Assembly: GCF_030013595.1 (NCBI RefSeq)
Contig: NZ_CP122768.1
Direction: 5' to 3' (one strand)
Length of the DNA: 64,000 nucleotides
DNA from: Escherichia coli
GTDB lineage: Bacteria; Pseudomonadota; Gammaproteobacteria; Enterobacterales; Enterobacteriaceae
Notes under the pieces: generated by a model
Told to the model about the DNA's origin: nothing
The model's database searches: none
Seen by the model: only the letters and a program-made list of their open reading frames with translations
Shown: positions 25,585-36,037 of the stretch, piece by piece
Layout of the letters: each line of letters starts with the position of its first letter
Numbering within the stretch: the stretch's first letter is position 1
Position numbers and translations under genes: made by a program

Positions 25585-25941
25585 TTAACAAAGCCGCTCC
25601 AGATCGTGTGCATATAATTCAGCGGCTACCGATTGATAGATCTTCCAGTCAATAAAATTGCCATCAGGGTAGACTTGTTGAAACGCGGTTAAGTCGGGGA
25701 AAAAACGCATGGTGTTGTTGCCGATGCGGTTATTTATTTTCTCTATGATGGCATGAAGATGTTTTTTTCTTTGCTGACGCATAGCCAACAGTTGCTCGAC
25801 TACACGATCAGGAATGGCGTATTTGCCATTTTCCCACTGACGCCAGCTTTCACTGTCACCGGTCTGGGCAATCCAGGTCGCGCATTCATCAATAGTCATG
25901 GCAAAAATATGGCGAAGTGCCTGGAGTTCATAAGCGTTCAT
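25585..25941 (-). CDS. ydiL: small uncharacterised protein
   Basis: 118-aa ORF from MNAYELQALRH (track ORF is 9 codons longer). Confidence 0.75.
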   Translation of the reverse strand: MNAYELQALRHIFAMTIDECATWIAQTGDSESWRQWENGKYAIPDRVVEQLLAMRQQRKKHLHAIIEKINNRIGNNTMRFFPDLTAFQQVYPDGNFIDWKIYQSVAAELYAHDLERLC

Positions 25942-26079
25942 CGTGTAATGGCTGCATGAAATAAACAATAAAATATAAATAACATTATCAGCCTGCTGAC
26001 GGCTTGAAGAGAGTCACAGTATCTTGTGCAACATTATTGGAAAGCGTGAGGGGCGAGGTAGCGAAGCGGAAAAATGTTA

Positions 26080-26184
26080 AAAAAAAGCCCATCGTGGGAG
26101 ATGGGCAAAGACTACACACAGCAATTCGTTGTTTCACTCAGGGGATTTCCATGCTTATAAATCAATATGTTGATTTATAACCGT
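26080..26184 (-). ncRNA. rprA: small regulatory RNA RprA
   Basis: Minus-strand sequence matches RprA as I remember it (ACGGTTATAAATCAACATATTGATTTATAAGCATGG...CCCATCTCCCACGATGGGCTTTTTTT), ending in a terminator hairpin and U-run. Confidence 0.85.
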
Positions 26185-26369
26185 GAGCTAATAGTAGGCA
26201 TACGGACTTTTTGCGTCGATCAGATTCGTCTCATTAGTTTAAAAACTGTAAAGAATTTGCGACAGGTACTACCAGCTGAATGGCGGTAAGCAGGAAAATA
26301 TGGGGAAGAGCAAGCAAATATCAATTAGCAGGGGTTAACAATCAGGCGGCAGAGCCGCCTGATGAGAAA

Positions 26370-27482
26370 TTACTTATTCGATTTCTCGATTTCGCCAAGT
26401 TCTTCGAGAATTTCTTCCGGTTGGTCCGTCGGCGGTGGGACTTCTTCCACCCACGCGGCAAAAAGACGCCAGGAAACGGCTAACAGAACCGGACCAATAA
26501 ACAGGCCGATCATCCCGAAAGCAATCAAACCACCAATAACGCCAGAGAGGATCAGGATCAGCGGTAAATCGGCACCCATGCGAATTAACATTGGGCGGAT
26601 GACGTTATCCAGCGTGCCAACCACACCGCTCCACACTAACAATACCGTTCCCCAGGTGGTATCGCCAGTCCAGTAGAGCCAGATAATCGCCGGAATCAGT
26701 ACCGGCAACGGTCCAAGCTGGACAAGGCAGGAGAGGATCATCAACACCGTTAGCAAAGTTGCATAAGGTACGCCGGATACGGCGAGGCCGATACCGCCAA
26801 GCACTGCCTGTACTAACGCCGTCACCACCACACCCAGCGCCACCGCGCGGATAGCCTGTGCCGCCAGCAGCACGGCGGCATCACCGCGAACGCCTGCCAG
26901 ACGGGTTGCAAAATGGCGAATGCCTTGTGCCACCTGTTCACCGCGCCAGTACAGCAGGGCACTGAAGAGAAGCATCAGCGCACAATGCACCATAAAGCGC
27001 CCGATATGCGCCGCCTGCCCAACGAACCAGGTGGTGGTGGTGCCAATATAAGGACGGACTTTCGCCATGATCGCCGTACCCCCCATATCCAGCAAGTTGT
27101 GCCAGCCTGCATATAGCTTCGCGCCAATCACCGGAATGGTATTAAGCCACGCCAGATCGGGTAATGTCATGTCACCGCTGGAAATGGCTTTAATTAGCGG
27201 ACCGCTGCCGTCGACGATACTGTTAACCAGCAAGGCAATAGGGATGATAAACACCATCACTAATAACAGCGTCATCACCAGAACGGCGAGAGAGCGGCGA
27301 CCAAACATGATCTTTTGCAAACGTAACAATACCGGCCAGGTGGCGATAACCACCGTACCAGCCCATGCAAAGCCGAGAATAAAGGGTTGTACAATCCACA
27401 GACATGCCACAATCATGATGGCTAAAAAGAGCACCGAAAGCAGAATTTGTGCGACATCCCTGGGCTGACGAACATTTACCAT
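26370..27482 (-). CDS. ydiK: AI-2E/PerM-family inner-membrane transporter
   Basis: 370-aa polytopic ORF recognised as YdiK. Confidence 0.85.
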   Translation of the reverse strand: MVNVRQPRDVAQILLSVLFLAIMIVACLWIVQPFILGFAWAGTVVIATWPVLLRLQKIMFGRRSLAVLVMTLLLVMVFIIPIALLVNSIVDGSGPLIKAISSGDMTLPDLAWLNTIPVIGAKLYAGWHNLLDMGGTAIMAKVRPYIGTTTTWFVGQAAHIGRFMVHCALMLLFSALLYWRGEQVAQGIRHFATRLAGVRGDAAVLLAAQAIRAVALGVVVTALVQAVLGGIGLAVSGVPYATLLTVLMILSCLVQLGPLPVLIPAIIWLYWTGDTTWGTVLLVWSGVVGTLDNVIRPMLIRMGADLPLILILSGVIGGLIAFGMIGLFIGPVLLAVSWRLFAAWVEEVPPPTDQPEEILEELGEIEKSNK

Positions 27483-27870
27483 AACTACTTTTCACCTTTT
27501 TTGTGCGTCAAATCGTCGACGCGACGTGAACACGCGAAACTCACCTGCATAATGATGAGCAATTTCAGCGGTTTTTAACAGGCCGATTCTGCCCTTAATT
27601 CTGATGGGCGTGTTAGAAAAAAATGTGGTACAACAACTCAGGCAACACGCAAACGATTTACTCGTCGTATTTCAAGTTGCATATGCTGCGGCTACGTTCG
27701 TTCACCCCAGTTACTTACTGTTGTAAGCTCCTGGAGTTCACTCGCTTGCCGCCTTTCTGCAACACGAAATCCATAGAGTAAACAAACATCACCTTTCAGT
27801 GCGCTATTGCAGCAGCCTGAAAGAATAGTGTATCGACCTACATCACAGACCGCAGGAAAGGGTCAATATA

Positions 27871-30800
27871 ATGATTCCACAGATTTCCCAGGCACCCGGC
27901 GTCGTTCAACTGGTGCTTAATTTTTTGCAAGAGCTGGAGCAACAGGGGTTTACCGGCGATACGGCGACAAGTTATGCCGATCGTCTGACAATGTCGACCG
28001 ACAACAGTATTTACCAACTTCTCCCCGATGCGGTGGTATTTCCGCGTTCAACCGCAGATGTGGCGCTGATCGCCCGTCTTGCCGCGCAGGAACGCTATTC
28101 ATCGCTGATCTTTACCCCCCGCGGCGGCGGCACCGGCACTAACGGTCAGGCGCTCAACCAGGGGATTATTGTTGATATGTCCCGCCATATGAACCGCATC
28201 ATCGAAATTAACCCTGAAGAGGGCTGGGTGCGCGTTGAGGCCGGGGTGATAAAAGACCAACTCAATCAGTACCTGAAACCGTTCGGCTACTTTTTTGCAC
28301 CAGAACTTTCGACCAGCAACCGGGCAACGCTCGGCGGGATGATCAATACCGATGCATCCGGTCAGGGATCGCTGGTCTATGGCAAAACGTCAGATCACGT
28401 ACTTAGCGTACGTGCAGTGTTGTTGGGGGGCGATATTCTCGATACGCAACCTTTACCCGTCGAACTGGCGGAAACGCTGGGTAAATCCAATACCACAATC
28501 GGGCGAATTTATAACACGGTTTATCAACGTTGCCGTCAGCAACGCCAGTTAATCATCGACAACTTCCCCAAACTTAACCGCTTTCTTACCGGTTACGATC
28601 TGCGTCATGTCTTTAACGACGAGATGACCGAGTTTGACCTGACGCGCATTCTGACGGGTTCAGAAGGGACGCTGGCCTTTATTACCGAAGCGCGGCTGGA
28701 TATTACGCGCTTGCCTAAAGTGCGCCGTCTGGTGAACGTCAAATATGACTCTTTTGACTCTGCGCTGCGTAACGCGCCGTTTATGGTTGAGGCGCGGGCG
28801 CTTTCGGTAGAGACGGTGGACTCAAAAGTGCTGAATCTGGCGCGGGAAGATATTGTCTGGCATTCCGTCAGCGAGTTGATTACCGATGTGCCTGACAAAG
28901 AGATGCTCGGGCTGAACATTGTGGAATTTGCTGGTGATGATGAGACGCTGATTGATGAGCGGGTAAATGCACTCTGTGCGCGGTTGGATGAACTGATTGC
29001 CAGCCAACAGGCAGGTGTGATTGGCTGGCAGGTGTGCCGCGAACTGGCGGGTGTTGAACGTATCTATGCGATGCGCAAAAAAGCCGTTGGTCTGCTTGGC
29101 AATGCCAAAGGTGCAGCCAAGCCAATTCCGTTTGCTGAGGATACCTGCGTACCGCCGGAACATCTGGCAGATTATATTGCTGAATTTCGCGCGCTGCTCG
29201 ACAGCCACGGCTTAAGCTACGGTATGTTCGGTCACGTCGACGCAGGTGTCTTGCACGTCCGTCCGGCACTGGATATGTGCGATCCACAACAAGAGATTTT
29301 GATGAAACAAATCTCTGATGACGTGGTGGCGCTGACTGCGAAATACGGTGGCTTGTTGTGGGGCGAGCACGGCAAAGGTTTTCGCGCTGAATACAGCCCG
29401 GCGTTTTTCGGTGAGGAACTTTTTGCAGAACTGCGCAAAGTGAAAGCGGCATTTGACCCGCATAACCGACTCAACCCAGGGAAGATTTGCCCGCCAGAAG
29501 GTCTCGATGCGCCGATGATGAAAGTGGACGCGGTGAAGCGCGGTACATTCGATCGGCAGATCCCCATTGCGGTACGCCAGCAGTGGCGTGGTGCGATGGA
29601 GTGTAACGGCAACGGTTTATGCTTCAACTTTGATGCCCGTAGTCCGATGTGTCCGTCGATGAAGATCACCCAGAACCGGATTCATTCACCGAAAGGGCGC
29701 GCAACGCTGGTGCGTGAATGGCTGCGCTTGTTGGCGGATCGCGGCGTTGACCCACTCAAACTGGAACAAGAACTGCCTGAATCCGGCGTCAGTTTACGGA
29801 CGTTAATTGCCCGCACGCGCAATAGCTGGCATGCGAATAAAGGCGAATACGACTTCTCACACGAAGTCAAAGAGGCTATGTCGGGCTGTCTGGCCTGTAA
29901 AGCGTGTTCGACCCAGTGCCCTATCAAAATTGATGTGCCGGAGTTTCGCTCTCGTTTTCTGCAGCTCTATCACACCCGTTATTTACGCCCGCTTCGCGAC
30001 CACCTCGTTGCTACGGTCGAGAGCTACGCACCGCTGATGGCACGCGCGCCGAAAACCTTTAACTTCTTCATTAACCAGCCGCTGGTGCGCAAACTCTCGG
30101 AAAAACATATCGGCATGGTTGATTTGCCACTGCTGTCAGTCCCCTCGCTACAACAACAAATGGTGGGGCATCGCTCGGCAAACATGACGCTGGAACAGCT
30201 TGAAGCTCTCAATGCAGAGCAGAAAGCGCGCACGGTGTTGGTGGTGCAGGACCCCTTTACCAGCTATTACGATGCGCAAGTGGTGGCGGATTTTGTCCGT
30301 CTGGTCGAAAAATTAGGTTTCCAGCCTGTGTTGCTGCCATTTTCGCCAAATGGTAAAGCCCAGCATATCAAAGGCTTTCTTAATCGTTTTGCGAAGACGG
30401 CGAAAAAGACGGCGGATTTCCTCAACCGTATGGCGAAGCTGGGGATGCCAATGGTGGGCGTCGATCCGGCGCTGGTACTTTGTTATCGCGATGAATATAA
30501 ACTGGCGCTGGGCGAGGAACGTGGCGAGTTTAACGTATTACTGGCGAATGAATGGCTGGCAAGCGCACTTGACTCACAGCCAGTGGCTACAGTCAGCGGT
30601 GAATCATGGTATTTCTTTGGTCACTGTACCGAAGTTACCGCTTTGCCGGGCGCGCCAGCACAATGGGCCGCGATATTTGCCCGTTTTGGCGCGAAACTGG
30701 AAAATGTCAGCGTGGGTTGCTGCGGCATGGCAGGGACTTACGGACATGAAGCGAAAAACCATAAAAATTCGCTCGGGATCTATGAGTTATCCTGGCATCA

Positions 30801-30927
30801 GGCGATGCAGCGACTGCCGCGTAATCGCTGTCTGGCGACCGGATATTCCTGCCGTAGCCAGGTAAAACGGGTCGAAGGCACGGGGGTACGCCATCCTGTG
30901 CAGGCTTTACTGGAGATTATTAAATGA
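27871..30927 (+). CDS. ydiJ: large FAD-linked oxidoreductase with Fe-S/Cys-rich C-terminal domains
   Basis: 1018-aa ORF recognised as YdiJ; start overlaps nothing upstream, stop overlaps menI start by 4 bp. Confidence 0.9.
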   Translation: MIPQISQAPGVVQLVLNFLQELEQQGFTGDTATSYADRLTMSTDNSIYQLLPDAVVFPRSTADVALIARLAAQERYSSLIFTPRGGGTGTNGQALNQGIIVDMSRHMNRIIEINPEEGWVRVEAGVIKDQLNQYLKPFGYFFAPELSTSNRATLGGMINTDASGQGSLVYGKTSDHVLSVRAVLLGGDILDTQPLPVELAETLGKSNTTIGRIYNTVYQRCRQQRQLIIDNFPKLNRFLTGYDLRHVFNDEMTEFDLTRILTGSEGTLAFITEARLDITRLPKVRRLVNVKYDSFDSALRNAPFMVEARALSVETVDSKVLNLAREDIVWHSVSELITDVPDKEMLGLNIVEFAGDDETLIDERVNALCARLDELIASQQAGVIGWQVCRELAGVERIYAMRKKAVGLLGNAKGAAKPIPFAEDTCVPPEHLADYIAEFRALLDSHGLSYGMFGHVDAGVLHVRPALDMCDPQQEILMKQISDDVVALTAKYGGLLWGEHGKGFRAEYSPAFFGEELFAELRKVKAAFDPHNRLNPGKICPPEGLDAPMMKVDAVKRGTFDRQIPIAVRQQWRGAMECNGNGLCFNFDARSPMCPSMKITQNRIHSPKGRATLVREWLRLLADRGVDPLKLEQELPESGVSLRTLIARTRNSWHANKGEYDFSHEVKEAMSGCLACKACSTQCPIKIDVPEFRSRFLQLYHTRYLRPLRDHLVATVESYAPLMARAPKTFNFFINQPLVRKLSEKHIGMVDLPLLSVPSLQQQMVGHRSANMTLEQLEALNAEQKARTVLVVQDPFTSYYDAQVVADFVRLVEKLGFQPVLLPFSPNGKAQHIKGFLNRFAKTAKKTADFLNRMAKLGMPMVGVDPALVLCYRDEYKLALGEERGEFNVLLANEWLASALDSQPVATVSGESWYFFGHCTEVTALPGAPAQWAAIFARFGAKLENVSVGCCGMAGTYGHEAKNHKNSLGIYELSWHQAMQRLPRNRCLATGYSCRSQVKRVEGTGVRHPVQALLEIIK

Positions 30928-31334
30928 TATGGAAACGAAAAATCACCCTGGAAGCACTGAATGCCATGGGTGAAGGAAACATGGTGGGGTTACTGGATAT
31001 TCGCTTTGAACATATTGGTGATGACACCCTTGAAGCGACAATGCCAGTAGACTCGCGAACAAAGCAGCCTTTCGGGTTGCTGCATGGAGGGGCATCCGTG
31101 GTACTGGCCGAAAGTATCGGTTCCGTTGCCGGTTATTTATGTACCGAAGGTGAGCAAAAGGTGGTTGGCCTGGAAATCAATGCTAACCACGTCCGCTCGG
31201 CACGAGAAGGGCGGGTACGCGGCGTATGCAAACCGTTGCATCTCGGTTCGCGTCACCAGGTCTGGCAGATTGAAATCTTCGATGAGAAAGGGCGTTTGTA
31301 CTGTTCGTCACGATTGACGACCGCGATTTTGTGA
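30924..31334 (+). CDS. menI: 1,4-dihydroxy-2-naphthoyl-CoA thioesterase (hotdog fold)
   Basis: 136-aa ORF recognised as MenI/YdiI. Confidence 0.9.
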   Translation: MIWKRKITLEALNAMGEGNMVGLLDIRFEHIGDDTLEATMPVDSRTKQPFGLLHGGASVVLAESIGSVAGYLCTEGEQKVVGLEINANHVRSAREGRVRGVCKPLHLGSRHQVWQIEIFDEKGRLYCSSRLTTAIL

Positions 31335-31436
31335 CGTTGTCACCAGAAAAGTGTGACGCATATTGCTTTTGGTCATTATCTGCACAGTAAACGGTGGTAT
31401 ACTGTGCAGGTCTTGTCTAAAAGCGAGGATGCTATG

Positions 31437-31622
31437 TCTACTCAACTTGATCCCACCCAGCTGGCCATTGAATTTTTACGCCGTGACCAGAGCAATCTTT
31501 CACCTGCCCAATATCTCAAACGTCTGAAACAACTAGAACTTGAATTTGCTGACCTGCTTACTCTCTCTTCTGCTGAATTAAAAGAAGAAATCTACTTTGC
31601 CTGGCGTCTGGGCGTGCATTGA
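31437..31622 (+). CDS. ydiH: small uncharacterised protein
   Basis: 62-aa ORF (MSTQLDPTQLAIEFL...) inside the 89-aa track ORF. Confidence 0.65.
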   Translation, partial: STQLDPTQLAIEFLRRDQSNLSPAQYLKRLKQLELEFADLLTLSSAELKEEIYFAWRLGVH

Positions 31623-31821
31623 TCCTGACTTAATGCTGCAATTTCGCCAAATCGACCTGGATTAACCTCCGTCCAGGTTCGATAACCTTCTTAATACTGC
31701 TTATCTAACCGCCTGATATTGTTCAAAAATAATACTAATCGCAGTTTGTGTTAAAACGACGGCTTAGCTTTATGAGATTATTCTTATCGCCCCTTCAAGA
31801 GCTAAGCCACTGAGAGTGCCG

Positions 31822-31889
31822 GAGATAAGCGCCGGATGGGGTAGAAACCCTTAAGCCTGTGTCGCACAGACTTAAGGGTTTTCTTATTT
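31822..31889 (+). ncRNA. candidate small RNA ending in a strong intrinsic terminator (possibly RydB)
   Basis: Hairpin cccttaagcctgtg-tcg-cacagacttaaggg plus U-run at 31848-31889, about 225 bp after ydiH; K-12 has RydB between ydiH and sufA; 5' end not determinable here. Confidence 0.35.
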
Positions 31890-31975
31890 CTGAACGCTGC
31901 ACTTTTTTACCTATCTCTTAAATAGTCATTTTCAATACAACTTTTTCTTTTTCATCACAGCCTTAATGCTCCTTA

Positions 31976-31991
31976 GATAATAATCATTATC
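31976..31991 (+). promoter_or_regulatory. distal Fur-box-like (or IHF-like) motif upstream of sufA
   Basis: gataataatcattatc, near-perfect match to Fur consensus core, about 195 bp upstream of sufA ATG. Confidence 0.3.
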
Positions 31992-32111
31992 TAACAATGA
32001 GATACCTAATTCTTAGCGTGCCTGTTAACCCACACATCAGGGTCTATGCTTATTAAAAGCAAGAAAAAAGCATGTTTTACGGTAAAGCCCCTGCGTTTGC
32101 TGGGTTGAACT

Positions 32112-32126
32112 GATAATCATTATCAC
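32112..32126 (+). promoter_or_regulatory. Fur box at the suf operon promoter
   Basis: gataatcattatcac about 45 bp upstream of sufA ATG; suf operon is Fur-repressed in K-12. Confidence 0.6.
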
Positions 32127-32170
32127 TAACATGCTGTTATACGCTGAAAGCGATGAAGTGAGGTAAATCG

Positions 32171-32539
32171 ATGGACATGCATTCAGGAACCTTTAATCCA
32201 CAGGATTTCGCCTGGCAGGGCTTAACGCTGACACCCGCAGCCGCTGTCCACATACGCGAGCTGGTGGCAAAGCAGCCGGGTATGGTCGGCGTGCGCTTAG
32301 GCGTGAAGCAAACGGGCTGCGCGGGCTTTGGCTATGTGCTCGACAGTGTTAGCGAGCCGGACAAAGACGATCTGCTGTTTGAACACGACGGTGCGAAGCT
32401 GTTTGTCCCGCTGCAAGCGATGCCGTTTATTGATGGCACGGAAGTCGATTTCGTTCGTGAAGGACTTAATCAGATATTCAAATTTCACAACCCTAAAGCC
32501 CAGAATGAATGTGGCTGTGGCGAAAGCTTTGGGGTATAG
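32171..32539 (+). CDS. sufA: Fe-S cluster A-type carrier
   Basis: 122-aa ORF with C-terminal CGCGESF motif. Confidence 0.95.
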   Translation: MDMHSGTFNPQDFAWQGLTLTPAAAVHIRELVAKQPGMVGVRLGVKQTGCAGFGYVLDSVSEPDKDDLLFEHDGAKLFVPLQAMPFIDGTEVDFVREGLNQIFKFHNPKAQNECGCGESFGV

Positions 32540-32547
32540 GCGGTACT

Positions 32548-34035
32548 ATGTCTCGTAATACTGAAGCAACTGACGATGTCAAAACCTGGACCGGCGGCCC
32601 GCTGAATTATAAAGAAGGATTCTTCACCCAGTTAGCCACCGATGAGCTGGCAAAGGGGATAAACGAAGAGGTGGTGCGCGCAATTTCGGCGAAGCGTAAT
32701 GAGCCGGAGTGGATGCTGGAGTTTCGTCTCAACGCCTATCGCGCATGGCTGGAGATGGAAGAACCGCACTGGTTGAAAGCGCACTACGACAAGCTGAATT
32801 ATCAGGATTACAGCTACTACTCAGCACCATCGTGCGGTAATTGTGACGACAACTGCGCGTCTGAACCCGGCGCGGTGCAGCAAACTGGTGCGAACGCCTT
32901 TTTAAGTAAAGAGGTGGAGGCGGCGTTTGAGCAGTTGGGCGTTCCCGTGCGGGAAGGCAAAGAGGTGGCGGTGGATGCCATTTTCGACTCTGTTTCGGTT
33001 GCCACCACTTATCGTGAAAAACTGGCGGAGCAGGGAATTATTTTCTGTTCCTTTGGCGAGGCGATCCACGATCACCCGGAACTGGTGCGTAAATATCTCG
33101 GCACCGTGGTGCCGGGGAATGACAACTTCTTTGCCGCACTTAATGCGGCGGTAGCCTCTGACGGAACGTTTATTTATGTGCCTAAAGGCGTGCGCTGCCC
33201 GATGGAACTTTCCACCTATTTTCGCATTAACGCGGAAAAAACAGGGCAGTTTGAGCGCACCATTCTGGTGGCCGACGAAGACAGCTATGTCAGCTACATT
33301 GAAGGCTGTTCCGCTCCGGTGCGTGACAGCTATCAGTTACACGCGGCGGTGGTGGAAGTCATCATCCATAAAAACGCCGAGGTGAAATATTCCACGGTAC
33401 AAAACTGGTTCCCTGGTGATAACAACACCGGCGGTATTCTCAACTTCGTCACCAAGCGTGCTTTGTGCGAAGGCGAAAACAGCAAAATGTCATGGACGCA
33501 ATCAGAAACCGGGTCAGCGATTACGTGGAAATATCCCAGCTGTATTTTGCGCGGCGATAACTCCATTGGTGAGTTTTACTCAGTGGCACTGACCAGCGGT
33601 CATCAGCAAGCGGATACCGGCACCAAGATGATCCACATCGGTAAAAACACCAAATCGACCATTATCTCGAAAGGGATCTCTGCCGGACATAGTCAGAACA
33701 GTTATCGCGGCTTAGTGAAAATCATGCCGACGGCAACCAATGCGCGCAATTTCACTCAGTGCGACTCAATGCTGATTGGCGCTAATTGTGGGGCGCATAC
33801 CTTCCCGTATGTCGAATGTCGCAATAACAGCGCACAACTGGAGCACGAGGCAACGACATCACGTATTGGTGAAGATCAACTGTTTTACTGCCTGCAACGC
33901 GGGATCAGCGAAGAAGACGCCATCTCGATGATTGTTAACGGTTTCTGCAAAGACGTGTTCTCAGAACTGCCGCTGGAATTTGCCGTTGAAGCACAAAAAC
34001 TCCTCGCCATCAGTCTTGAACACAGCGTCGGATAA
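32548..34035 (+). CDS. sufB: Fe-S cluster assembly scaffold SufB
   Basis: 495-aa ORF from [10 protein letters not shown] (track ORF has a 13-codon upstream extension). Confidence 0.9.
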   Translation: MSRNTEATDDVKTWTGGPLNYKEGFFTQLATDELAKGINEEVVRAISAKRNEPEWMLEFRLNAYRAWLEMEEPHWLKAHYDKLNYQDYSYYSAPSCGNCDDNCASEPGAVQQTGANAFLSKEVEAAFEQLGVPVREGKEVAVDAIFDSVSVATTYREKLAEQGIIFCSFGEAIHDHPELVRKYLGTVVPGNDNFFAALNAAVASDGTFIYVPKGVRCPMELSTYFRINAEKTGQFERTILVADEDSYVSYIEGCSAPVRDSYQLHAAVVEVIIHKNAEVKYSTVQNWFPGDNNTGGILNFVTKRALCEGENSKMSWTQSETGSAITWKYPSCILRGDNSIGEFYSVALTSGHQQADTGTKMIHIGKNTKSTIISKGISAGHSQNSYRGLVKIMPTATNARNFTQCDSMLIGANCGAHTFPYVECRNNSAQLEHEATTSRIGEDQLFYCLQRGISEEDAISMIVNGFCKDVFSELPLEFAVEAQKLLAISLEHSVG

Positions 34036-34044
34036 GGAATAAAC

Positions 34045-34791
34045 ATGTTAAGTATTAAAGATTTACACGTCAGCGTGGAAGATAAAGCTATCCTGCGTGG
34101 ATTAAGCCTCGACGTTCGTCCCGGCGAAGTTCACGCCATTATGGGGCCAAACGGTTCTGGCAAAAGTACCTTATCGGCAACGCTTGCCGGGCGAGAAGAT
34201 TATGAGGTGACGGGCGGCGCAGTTGAGTTCAAAGGCAAAGATTTGCTTGCGCTGTCGCCGGAAGATCGTGCAGGTGAAGGCATCTTTATGGCCTTCCAGT
34301 ATCCGGTGGAAATTCCCGGCGTCAGTAACCAGTTTTTCCTGCAAACGGCACTTAATGCGGTGCGCAGCTATCGCGGCCAGGAAACGCTCGACCGCTTTGA
34401 TTTTCAAGATTTGATGGAAGAGAAAATCGCTCTCCTGAAGATGCCGGAAGATTTATTAACCCGTTCGGTAAACGTTGGTTTTTCCGGCGGCGAGAAAAAG
34501 CGCAACGATATTTTGCAAATGGCGGTGCTGGAACCGGAGTTATGTATTCTTGATGAGTCGGACTCCGGGCTGGATATTGACGCATTAAAAGTGGTTGCCG
34601 ATGGCGTGAACTCGCTGCGTGACGGCAAGCGTTCATTCATCATTGTTACGCACTACCAACGCATTCTCGACTACATCAAGCCTGATTACGTCCATGTGCT
34701 GTATCAGGGACGAATTGTGAAATCCGGCGATTTCACGTTGGTCAAACAACTGGAGGAGCAGGGTTATGGCTGGCTTACCGAACAGCAGTAA
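34045..34791 (+). CDS. sufC: Fe-S cluster assembly ATPase
   Basis: 248-aa ORF with Walker A GPNGSGKST. Confidence 0.95.
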   Translation: MLSIKDLHVSVEDKAILRGLSLDVRPGEVHAIMGPNGSGKSTLSATLAGREDYEVTGGAVEFKGKDLLALSPEDRAGEGIFMAFQYPVEIPGVSNQFFLQTALNAVRSYRGQETLDRFDFQDLMEEKIALLKMPEDLLTRSVNVGFSGGEKKRNDILQMAVLEPELCILDESDSGLDIDALKVVADGVNSLRDGKRSFIIVTHYQRILDYIKPDYVHVLYQGRIVKSGDFTLVKQLEEQGYGWLTEQQ

Positions 34792-36037
34792 CGCGCTGCA
34801 ACAGTGGCATCATTTGTTTGAAGCCGAGGGTGCAAAACGCTCCCCGCAAGCACAGCAGCATTTACAACAATTGCTGCGTACCGGACTGCCGACACGGAAA
34901 CATGAAAACTGGAAATATACGCCGCTGGAAGGGCTGACCAATAGCCAGTTTGTCTGCATTGCGGGAGAGATATCCCCACAGCAGCGAGATGCCTTAGCGT
35001 TAACGTTAGACGCTGTGCGGCTGGTATTTGTCGATGGACGTTACGTGTCAGCACTGAGCGATGCGACTGAAGGCAGCGGGTATGAAGTGAGCATTAACGA
35101 TGACCGCCAGGGGTTACCCGACGCTATTCAGGCGGAAGTGTTTCTGCATTTGACGGAAAGCCTGGCGCAAAGCGTGACGCATATCGCAGTGAAGCGCGGT
35201 CAACGACCAGCAAAGCCATTGCTGTTAATGCATATTACCCAGGGCGTGGCAGGTGAAGAGGTGAACACTGCCCATTACCGACATCATCTGGATCTGGCGG
35301 AAGGTGCCGAAGCAACGGTGATCGAACATTTTGTCAGCCTTAATGATGCTCGTCACTTCACCGGCGCACGGTTCACTATCAACGTCGCAGCGAACGCCCA
35401 CTTGCAGCATATCAAGCTGGCGTTTGAAAACCCGGTCAGTCACCACTTTGCCCATAACGATTTGTTGCTGGCTGACGATGCTACCGCATTTAGCCACAGT
35501 TTCCTGCTGGGTGGCGCAGTGTTACGACACAACACCAGTACGCAACTCAATGGCGAAAACAGCACGCTGCGGATCAATAGCCTGGCGATGCCGGTGAAAA
35601 ACGAGGTGTGTGATACCCGTACATGGCTGGAACACAATAAAGGTTTTTGTAACAGCCGACAGTTGCATAAAACTATCGTCAGCGACAAAGGCCGTGCGGT
35701 GTTTAACGGTCTGATCAACGTCGCGCAGCACGCCATCAAAACGGATGGTCAGATGACCAACAATAATCTGCTGATGGGCAAACTGGCGGAGGTGGATACG
35801 AAACCGCAGCTGGAAATCTATGCAGATGATGTGAAATGCAGCCACGGCGCGACGGTGGGGCGTATTGATGACGAACAGATGTTTTATCTGCGCTCGCGCG
35901 GGATCAATCAGCAGGATGCCCAGCAGATGATCATCTACGCCTTTGCTGCTGAACTGACGGAAGCACTGCGTGATGAGGGGCTTAAACAGCAGGTGCTGGC
36001 CCGAATCGGTCAACGACTGCCAGGAGGTGCAAGATGA
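34766..36037 (+). CDS. sufD: Fe-S cluster assembly protein SufD
   Basis: 423-aa ORF; overlaps sufC by 26 bp and sufS by 4 bp. Confidence 0.9.
   Translation: MAGLPNSSNALQQWHHLFEAEGAKRSPQAQQHLQQLLRTGLPTRKHENWKYTPLEGLTNSQFVCIAGEISPQQRDALALTLDAVRLVFVDGRYVSALSDATEGSGYEVSINDDRQGLPDAIQAEVFLHLTESLAQSVTHIAVKRGQRPAKPLLLMHITQGVAGEEVNTAHYRHHLDLAEGAEATVIEHFVSLNDARHFTGARFTINVAANAHLQHIKLAFENPVSHHFAHNDLLLADDATAFSHSFLLGGAVLRHNTSTQLNGENSTLRINSLAMPVKNEVCDTRTWLEHNKGFCNSRQLHKTIVSDKGRAVFNGLINVAQHAIKTDGQMTNNNLLMGKLAEVDTKPQLEIYADDVKCSHGATVGRIDDEQMFYLRSRGINQQDAQQMIIYAFAAELTEALRDEGLKQQVLARIGQRLPGGAR

Noticed and set aside
26342-26362. Hairpin tcaggcggc-agag-gccgcctga just downstream of the ydiK stop, considered as a terminator
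   Set aside because: No U-run follows on either strand, so an intrinsic terminator call is weak; it may be a stability element or REP fragment.
26280-26483. 67-aa ORF in the rprA-ydiK intergenic region
   Set aside because: Overlaps the ydiK 3' end and terminator on the opposite strand; no Shine-Dalgarno sequence; this region is better explained by RprA and terminator hairpins.
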